A stretch of 63,587 nt of DNA, the filler included, from Trichomonas gallinae (taxonomy: Eukaryota), in assembly GCA_008369845.1 (NCBI GenBank). It is 8 parts of 8 records of this genome, joined end to end, with 100 filler letters (N's around TTAATTAATTAA, not from the genome) between each part and the next. Parts side by side here need not be neighbours in the genome. Positions count along the whole stretch, not along the records: positions 22,865 to 39,498 come from MRSU01000116.1; positions 39,599 to 44,679 come from MRSU01000117.1; positions 44,780 to 50,972 come from MRSU01000118.1; 5 more parts are not named here. One strand, given 5' to 3'. Numbering within the stretch: position 1 is the first letter of the stretch; the number at the start of each line of letters is the position of its first letter. Under the pieces are notes generated by a model that did not search any database, was not told the DNA's origin, and saw only the letters and a program-made list of their open reading frames with translations. This document shows, one piece after another, positions 34,867-46,046 of the stretch. A program made the translations under genes and the position numbers.

Positions 34867-35734
34867 TTATAATTTAATAAAATAAATTATTTTTTGCATA
34901 AAATATTAAATTTTTCAAAAGATTTTTATTTTTTGCTCTAATATGAATTATAATGGTGTTCTTAATACTGCGGTAATAATTTACATTTTTATAAAACTCT
35001 CTTAAAAGGTTAAAATTTGATGAGAAATACATTAATGGTGATATAATAAATTGTTAAAATTGAGTTAATTATTTTTCATTTTAATATCGATTCAGCCCCT
35101 GTTTTCCAGATAAAGCTGATTAAATGTGTTAAATACATATATTGAGATTGTCTTGAAAACCCTCAAAATTTTTAAGGTTTTTCAATAATTTTCCTTAAAT
35201 TTACCGAATCACAAAAACCTGTTGATATTAGATAAGTTTATCCAATGATCCAATTAAGGTTGTCTCAAATAAGTCATTCGATTCAATATTTGTCCATTAA
35301 ATCATATGAATTTGATATTCAAGTCGAATAATTTTCGAGTTTTCTGTAAGGAAATATGTCATACTATTATATGAACTTTATGATGATTGATAAGTCAAGA
35401 ATCTTCGTGTATTTTGATATTTTTTTGATCAGATTTACAAAAATGCTGTGCTCGAGCGTTAAACCTCGTTGATTGGTCAAATAATTAATAAACTCCTGAA
35501 ATTTTGTTCTAAAACTAGAATTAAATTCGAACTCAAAATTTTATTATTTTCGTGCCCGAAAGGTCAATTATTATTTAAGGCAGCAAAAAGAATGCGTACT
35601 GTTTAATCCAGAAATGAATTTCATAATAAATTTGATATCAAATGATTATAAAACATTTGAATAGCATAAAACTTCACAAAAGTTAATTTTAGTATGATAG
35701 TTTTAATCAAAAAATAAAAAAAGAAAAAATATAA

Positions 35735-36463
35735 TTATTTATTTTTTTTTCTATGTGTAACAGGATCCCCATGTTTTTGTGGAACTGTCTTTTGAAACTT
35801 ATCTGGTTCGGTATCATCATCTTTAATATCCGCAGGTCCAATTTCAAATAATTTACTTAAATAATTTGTTTTGATATGAGGTTCTAGAACAAAAGTCTGC
35901 ATGTCGTTATTAGTTAAGTTGAATATCATTAAATAAAATGGATGTATCTTAGGAAGAATGAACAAAACAATTTCGCGGCAAATTAATGAAAGTTTTTTAG
36001 CGTTGCTTTTGGCTTTTCGGTTATATTTTTCGTGCTTTTCTTGATTGAAAAATTGGAAGACGTTGTTTTTGAAGTACATCTTGTGACTTTCGACTAAATT
36101 TAGAACAACTGAAATTTTTTCCTGCAGGAAATTGTAAATTGTATCATAAGCCGTGACAATATCATTTAATACTTTGCATTTATTGAACATCTGCATTTGA
36201 ACTTTTAGAGATGGAATTTTTTGCGAATTAGAATCGAGATAATATGGTAAACTAAGCATGATTGATTGCATGTGATATAGGAACAGGCCAATATCGTGTT
36301 GATAGCCAGCAATTTGTATAGTATTCGTAGACATGTATTCACCAACATCATAATAAAGGTCAAGAATATCAGATATAGGCACTCCACTAGCCTTAAGTTT
36401 GTCTAGAACGTATTTCGTTGAGGGGGCTCCTGGAACGTCATCAAGGTATTTAGGCAAGCCCAT
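35735..36463 (-). CDS. hypothetical protein
   Basis: 242-aa ORF with an ATG start; no motif recognised. Confidence 0.65.
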   Translation of the reverse strand: MGLPKYLDDVPGAPSTKYVLDKLKASGVPISDILDLYYDVGEYMSTNTIQIAGYQHDIGLFLYHMQSIMLSLPYYLDSNSQKIPSLKVQMQMFNKCKVLNDIVTAYDTIYNFLQEKISVVLNLVESHKMYFKNNVFQFFNQEKHEKYNRKAKSNAKKLSLICREIVLFILPKIHPFYLMIFNLTNNDMQTFVLEPHIKTNYLSKLFEIGPADIKDDDTEPDKFQKTVPQKHGDPVTHRKKNK

Positions 36464-37103
36464 TAAGGTTAATAAATAAACTTTTTGTCAAGTTTTTTTT
36501 TAAGAAATAAGCGGAAGTGTCAAAGGAAATGAAAAATCATAAAATTCTATGCAATTTCAGTTTATTTCAATCAAAATTAAAATAAATTTTATGATTTGAA
36601 GCTAATGAATCATTCCAATATAATATATTCGTTGATGTCTATTAATTTATCTATTTGTTTTGCTTCTAATTTGATATATATTATTTAAGAAATTGGAGAA
36701 AAAAATTTTTTTTTTGCATATATGGATATAATTTGTAATATGTAATAAAATTGTCGATTTATTTTGGCTAAATTTAATGTTTTTATTTATCATTTCTTCG
36801 AAATCGAATAAAAATGATAATAAAAAAGTACTAACATTCTTTGCTTTTTTTGATATCAAAACTTTTTTAATCTTTTTTGAAGCTAGGGGATATCATATTC
36901 TCCATTGTTTCTCCATTAGGATTTAATATCTTATCTATTTACTGTTTTAATTACGATTCAATAATATTTTTGATTAATTATTGTGATCTATGACATAATT
37001 TTTATGCTAAAAACATTAGTGCATTGTAAATAGAGCTTCTTGTTTGCTAAAGAGGTTAATTTGAAAAGATTTTATTAAAACAAGATAAATATATGAATTA
37101 TGA

Positions 37104-38297
37104 TTAAGCATCCTTTGTCTCCATATCATTAACCTGATCTGGGTCAGCTTCAGCCTCAAAGCTCTCTTGATCCTCTTCGACGTTGATAATTTCGAGTTGG
37201 TCGTTTGTTTCTGGAGCCTGCTGCATTGGCTTGATTGTAAAGATCGGGATTCCCAATCCAGATGAAAGGCTGTAGACGACTTGTAAATCAGTGAAGATCA
37301 TGATTAAAATATGGATCCAGAAGAAGCAGAACCAGTAGAACTCTGATAATGAGAAGTTTGGAATGAACGGTACGCAAAGTGCGAGCCACTCGATGATGAC
37401 AACTGCGCTGTAGAGGCGCTTGGCTGGCCTGCATGTTAAAATGGCAACGATAATCATTTGACCGCCAAACTGGAGAATTAAGCCACAAAGCATGATGAAA
37501 TATGGTGAGATGTTCTTGAAATTTGTGGTGATGCCGTGAGCAAGGAATAAACCGAAGGTGATGAAGCATGGGAAAACAGCAAGAAGGCATTCCCAGACTC
37601 TGGATGCGTCAAAGCAGATCTCCTTGAATACATCATAGAAAATAAGCAACAAAGTGATTGCAAAGAAGAACAAGAAGCCATAATTGAAGAAGTCTGTGTC
37701 AACAAGTTTCTTGATGCCTGGGTTGATACCAGCAACGATTTGAGCAACACCAAGGAGGAAGAGTCCCTCATCTGGGCCGTTCAAATAGCCGAGATAGAAC
37801 TTATGTGTGCAAAACTCCTCCCATGTTGTAAGAAGGAAGCCAATACCCATGCAAGAGATGAAAATGAATGTCTTCTTTGTCGGTCCGAAGTCCATAACCA
37901 TGGCAACCTTCATAAGTTCGAGGCATCCTGTGATAGCGTCGCAGCCGTGGTCGAAGAACTGACCAAGAGAAGATGATGAGCCTGTTCTTCTGGCCTGCTT
38001 GCCATCAAGGTTATCTAATGTCTGATAAATCAACAAGAAGACGCCATCAAGAATGCAAACCCATCCTGGGAGCGGCTGTCTCATGAAATCGGACTCTATA
38101 AAGGATATAATGAAGGAAACGACTTCGAACAAGAAGCCGGTGAATGTGATGACGTTTGGAGCGAGCCACATTGGGAATTGCTCGACCATCCAGTTCCAGA
38201 TGTACTTGAAACAGAACCTCACGAGAAGGGAGTCGTCTGTTCCTGAGTATTTATGGTTTTTTGCAGCTTGGAGTTCTTCCTGTGTGAAGATCTGCAT
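37104..38297 (-). CDS. choline/ethanolamine phosphotransferase (CDP-alcohol phosphatidyltransferase)
   Basis: HKYSGTDDS, WLAPNVIT and DNLDGKQARRTGSSSSLGQFFDHGCD signature; start MQIFTQ at 38297. Confidence 0.95.
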   Translation of the reverse strand: MQIFTQEELQAAKNHKYSGTDDSLLVRFCFKYIWNWMVEQFPMWLAPNVITFTGFLFEVVSFIISFIESDFMRQPLPGWVCILDGVFLLIYQTLDNLDGKQARRTGSSSSLGQFFDHGCDAITGCLELMKVAMVMDFGPTKKTFIFISCMGIGFLLTTWEEFCTHKFYLGYLNGPDEGLFLLGVAQIVAGINPGIKKLVDTDFFNYGFLFFFAITLLLIFYDVFKEICFDASRVWECLLAVFPCFITFGLFLAHGITTNFKNISPYFIMLCGLILQFGGQMIIVAILTCRPAKRLYSAVVIIEWLALCVPFIPNFSLSEFYWFCFFWIHILIMIFTDLQVVYSLSSGLGIPIFTIKPMQQAPETNDQLEIINVEEDQESFEAEADPDQVNDMETKDA

Positions 38298-38453
38298 CCG
38301 AAAAAAAAATGTGGTCGAATTTTGTAAAACATTTTTTTGCGTGTCAATGGCTGTAATCACTCGAAAAATGCTATATTCGAAGTTTTGAATTTTTCGAAAT
38401 CAGCTTCCGATCACTTTACATTGTCTCAATTTTTGCTCATCTTTTATTATTTC

Positions 38454-38656
38454 TGACACGTAAATATTTGTCAGATTTATTAAACTAATAAATAATCAAT
38501 ATTATAATGAATATAGTGTTTTGTTTGAATAATATATGACATGTAAATATTTGTAAATAATTTACTCAAAAATTTAAACTAATAAATTATCAATATTATA
38601 ATGATTATAGTGTTTTGTTTGAATAAAATATGACATGTAAATATTTGACATGTAAA
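38454..38656. repeat. tandem duplication (~85-95 bp unit) carrying four TGACAYGTAAA motifs
   Basis: AAACTAATAAA..ATCAATATTATAATGA.TATAGTGTTTTGTTTGAATAA.ATATGACATGTAAATATTTG occurs twice. Confidence 0.85.
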
Positions 38657-39475
38657 ATATAATCATTACTTTTGGCAAAGATTTTCCAAATATGAAATAT
38701 TATATATACAACTAAATATTAAATTATTTTTTTTGCCAGGTAAATATTTGTAAATTATTCAATTTTTTAAGCATAGAAATTAAAAACATAAAATTATATA
38801 TATGCCAATGACTATATCAATTAGTAGCTCTAATTTCTGACATGTAAATTCTTTTTTTCCAATATATTCTCACATATTTTATTAGTAACTACTTTAATAA
38901 TTCCCATGAAAATAATTGTAAATCATTGAATTTCTTTTACAAATTCCGATACTTCTTTATTCGGCTTTGAGCTTTCTCTATCTTTTATTTATTTAGTTCA
39001 AAAACCTTCTATGCAACGCCTAAAACCATTTAAAGGACATAGCTCATATGTTATATCAAGCAAAAGCAACTTTAATCAATAAATTCGATATTCATGAAAA
39101 ATATATATTATCCGACACATTTGATACCATTGTTCGGTGATAGATTCACTAACATAATTTATCCGACAGCTATAACTCATTTCATGCAAAAACTTTATAT
39201 GAAATTCATTTATTTTTTCGTGTTGGATAGATATAAGACTAGCAGTGAAATTACATGCCAATTTGCTACTTACACATTGAGTATTCTTGCATTTTATCAT
39301 TGAATATCAAAACATCAATTGGGCATCTGCGGAACAACTCAATCTGTATTAAATATACATCAATAACACCTAGTTTGGAGCATACTGCTCATCTTATTAC
39401 AAATTATGACAGTTTGAACAAATGTCCCCCGGAGGTTTGTACGTTATAAAAAAGCTCACTTTTTCGGCCTCGGTC

Positions 39476-39498
39476 ATGGTTATCGCCGCTATTCTCAA
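39476..39498 (+). CDS. possible gene start truncated by the contig end (MVIAAIL...)
   Basis: Inr-like TCACTTTT about 20 nt upstream of an ATG with GC-rich codons. Confidence 0.3.
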
Positions 39499-39598
39499 NN
39501 NNNNNNNNNNNNNNNNNNNNNNNNNNNNNNNNNNNNNNNNNNTTAATTAATTAANNNNNNNNNNNNNNNNNNNNNNNNNNNNNNNNNNNNNNNNNNNN
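39499..39598. other. artificial contig linker
   Basis: 44N-TTAATTAATTAA-44N. Confidence 0.98.
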
Positions 39599-40431
39599 TA
39601 CTTGCCCTCAGCTGTGCCCTTGCCGCCAGAAACGATGGCACCAGCGTGGCCCATACGCTTGCCTGGTGGAGCTGTAGCGCCAGCGATGAAAGCAACGACT
39701 GGCTTCTCCTTGCAGAGCTGGTTCTTGGCAATCCATTCAGCAGCATCTTCTTCTGATGTGCCACCGATTTCACCGATAAGGATGATACCCTCTGTCTGTG
39801 GGTCAGCAGCGAAGCGCTTGACAACGTCTGTGTGGAGCTGTCCTGCGAATGGGTCACCACCGATGCCGACGACTGTAGACTGACCGAGGCCAGCGAGTGT
39901 TGTAGCGAAGGCAGCTTCGTATGTGAGTGTGCCGGAGCGGGAAACAACACCGATCTTACCGTTAGCGAAGATAGATGTTGGGATGATACCGAGCTTGGTG
40001 TGTGTGCCTGGCTGGATGAGACCTGGGCAGTTTGGACCGATGAGTTGGCATCCTGTCTCCTTCATGACCTTCTTGACCTTGATCATGTCGTGCTGTGGGA
40101 TGTGCTCTGTAATGCAGACGACGAGACCCATTCCAGCCTTAGCAGCATCAATGCAAGCCTGAGCAGCGCCTGAAGCTGGAACGAAGATCAAAGAAGCGTT
40201 AGCATCTGTTTTCTTGACGACTTCCTTCATGTCCTTGAAGATTGGGAGTCCAGCAATGATTGTTCCGGCCTTCTTTGGATGGACGGCGCCGACAACCTTT
40301 GTGCCATACTGGCGCATTAATCTGCTGTGGAATTGGCCCTGGTTACCGATACCCTGGATAACGACACGTGTGTCCTTGTCAATGAAGAGAAGTGGCTGGT
40401 GAATATTGCGCTCGAATGATGAGGAGAGCAT
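39599..40431 (-). CDS. sucD: hydrogenosomal succinyl-CoA synthetase alpha subunit (AP33-type), 3' truncated by the contig end
   Basis: presequence [31 protein letters not shown] and RMGHAGA (phospho-His) motifs; strong codon bias. Confidence 0.97.
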
Positions 40432-40446
40432 AAATGTGAAGTGAAC
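40432..40446 (-). promoter_or_regulatory. Inr core promoter of SCS-alpha
   Basis: minus strand reads GTTCACTTCACATTT-ATG; TCACTT/TCACAT match the trichomonad Inr TCA(+1)Y(T/A). Confidence 0.75.
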
Positions 40447-40671
40447 ATAGCCCCAATTTTTACCCTTTTTTGTTTGAAGGGTAAGTGGCCGATGTCAGGT
40501 TTTGTTAACCGCTATCTTATCTCAATTTTTAAGGGGCAATCGTTTTGCCATTATTTCCTAGTTCTCCTTCTTTTATAACCATCTTTGGGTCATATATATG
40601 CCGTATTATTTGTTATTTTGGTGCTAAGTTATTGACGATCATTTCTCTAACTTTTCATTCAAATTTTGTGC

Positions 40672-40912
40672 TTACGGGCGTAGCAGCATTTACAAAAATG
40701 TTCGAAATCTTTGTTGATAATGATACTGATTATTTTTAAAGCGCTTTGAAAATTGAATCCAAAATAATCGTATGCAAGAAAATTTTGTGTGGTTACGGGC
40801 GTAATAGCAATATCAAAAATATCCTAAAACTATAAATATCATAATATATAGTATTTTTCGATTTAAATTGCATTGAAAATTGAAGCCAAAATAATCGTAT
40901 ATATGAAAATTT
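40672..40912. repeat. degenerate tandem duplication (~121-127 bp period)
   Basis: TTACGGGCGTA at 40672 and 40793; TTGAAAATTGAA.CCAAAATAATCGTAT near 40746 and 40873. Confidence 0.75.
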
Positions 40913-42036
40913 AAAAATGCAGGGGGAGACACTGGAGTTTTCATAGCAGGAAACAGCAGACGCTGAATCATGATGGGCAACTTGTAACTCAACCAAACAT
41001 TGTCCTTATATGTATATAACACTGTGGATGGATCAGTTCATGCAAAAATCTAGTTTTTGTTCGAAAATATTATTTTTTACAACTTAACCGAACACGATTT
41101 TTGAAGGAAATGGAAATTCGTTTGATAATATATGTGAATTTTCAACGACAATCGATTATAGCCTAACTTTTTGGATTGCAATAATAAAAATTCGGTTCAA
41201 GAAGGTTTTGTGCGCTCCAGATATTTAATGCATGATGTATAATGGATGTATGAATAACTCATTTATTGAAAATTCACTTTTTTAGATTCAATGTTTCAAT
41301 GCTGAACGAATATGAAGTATAAAAGGCCATCTCTATAAATAAATGAATCTTATGTGCTCATAAAATGCTGTCATCAAGTGTGGACCTACCAAATCCTTCA
41401 TCTTTATGTTGGCAACAATATATCTGAAGCTTGAATAGATAATCTCTTTTTTCGGATTTGGGGCTGTATTTCTCTTGTTATAATTAGTAAATCTACAGCA
41501 TTTGATCGGTAAACTCTAGAAAATTTAATGATGATTATAATTTCCCTTATTTGGGCCACAAGAATGAAGATGTTTTCATTCTCTTACATAATCATATAAA
41601 TTGTACTACTTAAACTTGAATCTGGACATAATATTGAAATAATTTTATTTTTCATGAATTTCCACAATTGTCTGCGATTTTAGTATTTTTAATGAGATGT
41701 CATGAAAAAATGATGCATATATATGCAAGATGTCATAAAAAAATTGATGGAAAAAATATTGAGATTGCTATTTTAGCGACTCTGTGCATTATAACTTCGC
41801 AAATCATATATGAAGTAAACTTCTTAATATCACAAATAAATCATCTTTCTACCCCAGCAAATATTTGTTATTACTCCGTTATGGCTGCTCTTATGTACCG
41901 ATAACCATGTTCATACAAAAAACAAATGTGTTGAGATAAAATGCCTTGTTATCACAAACAACAAATATTTGTGCATGATTACATTTCGTCAGAAGTGTTA
42001 TTGTATATTTGTCATGTGTCATAAATTTTTGTTTAT

Positions 42037-43078
42037 TTGTCAGATGTCATAAAAAGTGAATGCATTCATCCTCTTTTTTGGAGAAAAGACTGGAGTTACT
42101 ATTTTGGCGACTCTAAGCATGAAACATTCTTAAATTACATAGGAAGTGGCTATCTCTGGGTTAGCAATCAGTCATCTTTCTACGTCAGCAGTTGTTCTTT
42201 CTTTAATCAAGCCGATAGAGCTATTTTTTTCAGAAATAACCGGGGTTCTCCTCTTCTTCTCGTTGAAACTACAGCGTTTGATAACACCAGCAGCACAAGT
42301 AGCGGAGGTTCTCTTGAATTTTCAAATGAAGGTCAAATTGTTCAAGAACGAGTCTGTCACTACATCAAAAGTTACAAACAATAAAAATTCGAAAAACTTT
42401 TTCAAATCAAGCAGCATTTTTGAGTGCGGAAATATGAAATATGAAGGAATGGTTTATTTAGGGTGTGGAAAAATGGAATATGAAAATAACAATAACACGT
42501 TTAGCAAAGCTAAGTATTTGCCTGGTTGTAGTACTCAATATTTACTTCCTGAATGTTTTGTAAAGTATTCAAATTTCTGCAATTTGACATCAAACCCACC
42601 TTATTACTTTGGCTGGATGACGATGCGATCTAATAATACAGGTGAAACAACACGTATTACTTCATCAAATTTTGTCGACAACAGAAAAGATGGTATTCTC
42701 ATCGATTCGGAGAAAACAAGATTGATAATTGAAAACTGCTCCATTTTCAATAACGAATGTGATTCCGCTTTTAGTGCAAAAGATGGTGGCACAATGACAG
42801 TCATCCCCTGCTACTTCGACAATGACACGATATATCGTCATGGCTCTGAAGTCAGATTCGAGTCAAATATGAGTAGCAAGTTTACTAATTTGTTTAATGA
42901 AACAGTCTATTCATGTCGTCTGAAAGTCAAACAACGAGAAGTGACAGTTTTAGTCAATAACAAATTCATTCATGGCATTTCTTTCTCTCATGTACATGAG
43001 TATTTCTTCAAAAATACAATAGAATTTAAAAAAAAAAATAATGATTTATTGACATTTACATTAGTAGTATGCATATAA
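42037..43078 (+). pseudogene. frameshifted beta-helix-like (Cys/Asn/Ser-rich) trichomonad family gene
   Basis: two overlapping ORFs in different frames (SSFYVSSCSF..GGSLEF; IENCSIFNN); no in-frame ATG at the 5' end. Confidence 0.55.
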
Positions 43079-43382
43079 TAAAGAAATGCACATGAATATG
43101 ATTCTAATGAGCGTTTGAAATCTCCAATATTATAATCAATAGTGTATTTTGCATGAAATTCGAAATGATGTTTACTCACATTGATACAAACAATATTGCA
43201 GTCAAGCAGTTCTTCAATTATTCTCACACAATTTGATAATAATTCGTAATATATGGATAGTTTGGACATATTATAAGCAGTAAGTGACCTTCTCAATAAA
43301 TTTTGTTAACGTTGGTTTTCTCTAGCAGACAGACAAGATATTCTCGGCTATTTTTATTTCCAAAAAAAAATCTCTGACGATT

Positions 43383-43482
43383 TTGTCATAAAAAATGGAT
43401 GCATTCATCCTCTTTTTTCGAGAAAAGACTGGGATGAGCATTTTAGAGGCTTTGGTCATGAAACATACTCAAATCATACAAT
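43383..43482 (+). repeat. partial copy of the 5' end of the 42037/44511 gene family
   Basis: GTCATAAAAA.TGGATGCATTCATCCTCTT...AGAAAAGACTGGGATGAGCATTTTAGAGGCTTTGGTCATGAAA, nearly identical to 44520-44600. Confidence 0.85.
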
Positions 43483-44489
43483 GAACGCAGATAAATTATA
43501 ATATAACTTAGCAACAAAGTCAACATTATTCATCCTGTGTAAAAATATCGTTTGTATTCTGTGTTGTCGATGTCAATCAAAATTCTGTCTCAAAAACTCG
43601 ATATACATCTTCGATGCTGTGATAAGTTATTCTTCTGTTGAATAACTTCATATTCAGTGATGAAATCAAATTGAAAGTTTTTGGTCAATATACTGTTTTC
43701 CTGTGTATTTCCTGATGATGTCTTTCATGATGACTGTGAAACAAAACAAAGTCTATTAAACATCATTCGAAGATAAATCACATCTTTCCGTCAAAAAAAA
43801 AGCCAGTTCATGTTTTAAATTAGTTTAACTACAACAAAACTGAAGATGAAAAGTCTTTGTGAGACAGTCTAACCGAACATTGCTATGTGTGGCTATAAGA
43901 GAATCCAAATGGTGTGAGCTGATGTCTGAATTGTAAGAATCTGATGAAGTTATCAGATATTTTTATCGCTGATGCATGAAAAAGATTGTGCGATATTAGT
44001 CATGCGAAATGATTATGGCTGCTACAAAAATGAAAAGAAAGAGAAACTGCTGTTTGACTATTCTTGATTTCGTAGGCAAATTAACTGAACATGTCTTGGT
44101 TTAATGACCGATGTTTCGATTTGTCAAGATTCTGTTTTTAAACATTTTTGTTGTCGATATTGGAGATAAATGATGAGCAATCGTCATGATGTGGCGAATC
44201 AAAGATTATCTTGTGTTTTGTCAAAAGTTTGTTTCATATGAAGCTCGAAATTGCATGTGTCTCGTTGTGTTCGAAGTTTAGTTCTGAATTGTGAGAAATA
44301 CATAATATTATGATTTGTTGTTCGTCATTGTCAGAAACACAACAGGGTGAGAATTCTTTGGTTTAAAAACTTAGATAAAAACGAGAAAAATATCTGATTC
44401 AATGGATTTAATTTTGAGATTTACAAACTCATCATGTATGGTAATTACATGCATTTACAAACTACTTAGTTTACTTGTTTACTTGTCAT

Positions 44490-44679
44490 ATGTCATAAAT
44501 TTTTGTTTACTTGTCAGATGTCATAAAAAGTGGATGCATTCATCCTCTTTATTGGAGAAAAGACTGGGATGAGCATTTTAGAGGCTTTGGTCATGAAATA
44601 TACTCAAATCACACAAGAAGTGGCCTCCTCCAAGTCACAAATCAGTCATCTTTCTATGTCAGCAGTTGTTCTTTCGTTG
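44490..44679 (+). pseudogene. paralog of the 42037 gene, truncated by the contig end
   Basis: SDVIKSGCIHPLYWRKDW..NQSSFYVSSCSF closely matches the 42037 ORF; also lacks an in-frame ATG. Confidence 0.6.
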
Positions 44680-44779
44680 NNNNNNNNNNNNNNNNNNNNN
44701 NNNNNNNNNNNNNNNNNNNNNNNTTAATTAATTAANNNNNNNNNNNNNNNNNNNNNNNNNNNNNNNNNNNNNNNNNNNN
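44680..44779. other. artificial contig linker
   Basis: 44N-TTAATTAATTAA-44N. Confidence 0.98.
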
Positions 44780-44857
44780 AAGTTTAAAGCTTGTAAGTAT
44801 AGCCAATTCAGAGTTATGAGGGCAACAAAAAATGAGGGGGGGTTAGGGCATCCTTAA
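44780..44857 (-). mobile_element. possible Kolobok-like DNA transposon terminus at a contig start
   Basis: minus strand TTAA|GGATGCCCTAACCCCCCCTC..., similar to the 14925 terminus; points into a gap. Confidence 0.35.
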
Positions 44858-45158
44858 AACGAAATTAAAGCCTGAACATAAATAGTATTGTTAAGGAAAT
44901 ATAGCATTAATAGAGTAAGAATAATCGCTGAATTAAACATCAATCGGAATTTGAAGCATTTCGACTCTTGGATTATTCTCTGTATTCGTAATAACAATAG
45001 CGTGTATAAGATCATCGTTGATACGCTCGATGTTAACATTTTACAGATGTTATATATATAATTTCAAATAATTTCTCTCAGCGTATTCATATTATCTAGA
45101 ATTATTTTTCAGAAATGTAAATCTTTTTGTAACTAAAGAATGCAATAGTATTTAATCA

Positions 45159-45512
45159 TTAGATTAACTTTTTGCTGCTCCTTGACTTAGTTGGCTTTGG
45201 TCCTAATCCGAGTTGTTTTTCTTTGAACTCTTTCAAGTGCTGATATGTATTTGGCAGTTTTCTTGATAATAAAATTACATCATCAACAGTTATCTCTTTT
45301 CTACCTGCATGCTTAGCAAATGATCGAAGATCGCGAGCAACTATTTGTGTTAAAAGCTGCAAAACTAGTGATGAAACAGAGTTGATAAATGAACTTGTAG
45401 CCTTATCATGAACTTCATGTTGTATGATCTTCTGGCACGCGAGAAGAATTGCTTTATCAAGAATATTCTGCCTTTCTTCTTGACTTTGCTTATCAACATA
45501 TTGATCTATCAT
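45159..45512 (-). CDS. CENPS: CENP-S/MHF1 histone-fold protein
   Basis: ARDLRSFAKHAGRKEITVDDVILLSRK matches the CENP-S signature DLE.FA.HA.R.TI..DDV.LL.R. Confidence 0.85.
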   Translation of the reverse strand: MIDQYVDKQSQEERQNILDKAILLACQKIIQHEVHDKATSSFINSVSSLVLQLLTQIVARDLRSFAKHAGRKEITVDDVILLSRKLPNTYQHLKEFKEKQLGLGPKPTKSRSSKKLI

Positions 45513-46046
45513 TTTTGTTAATCTGACATTTTGTTTTGTAAATTAAATTTACACGTCAAATTGTCATATTATCTATAATAGAACATCAGAACAATATCGT
45601 TTAGCTAAGGTATTTTAATAACACATGTTACTCAACTCTTGAGGAATGGAAATGCCGAGGAAAACAAGCAATATGTTGCAAATTACATTAATATACAATG
45701 AATTAGTAACATTTAGAAGCTTGCTATTTTTGGTTCAAAAAGATTCAGCATAGGTAACATATTTAAATTAAGGATGTCGAAAACTGGAATGGGGTACCCT
45801 ATGAATTTTAAAATGATATAATCTACGAATACTCAAAATGACATAATCAACTATTTATATTATTGATGCAGTCATATGATGTTTATAATAAATTTATATA
45901 AAAAAATTAAATTTGATGGTAACAGAGGTATAAATTTTAGAAATAATAAACAAATTTGCTTGAAATTGAAAATAAATTGCAAATATAATTTTCGATCGAA
46001 ATTGAAAGTTAAAAGTAGTGCATTTCGTTTCATATGATGATAATAA

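Noticed and set aside
39543..40402. Several overlapping ORFs on both strands in the SCS region
   Set aside because: By-products of GC-rich biased codon usage in SCS-alpha
44841..44849. GGTTAGGG as a telomeric repeat
   Set aside because: Single unit only, inside the putative transposon terminus
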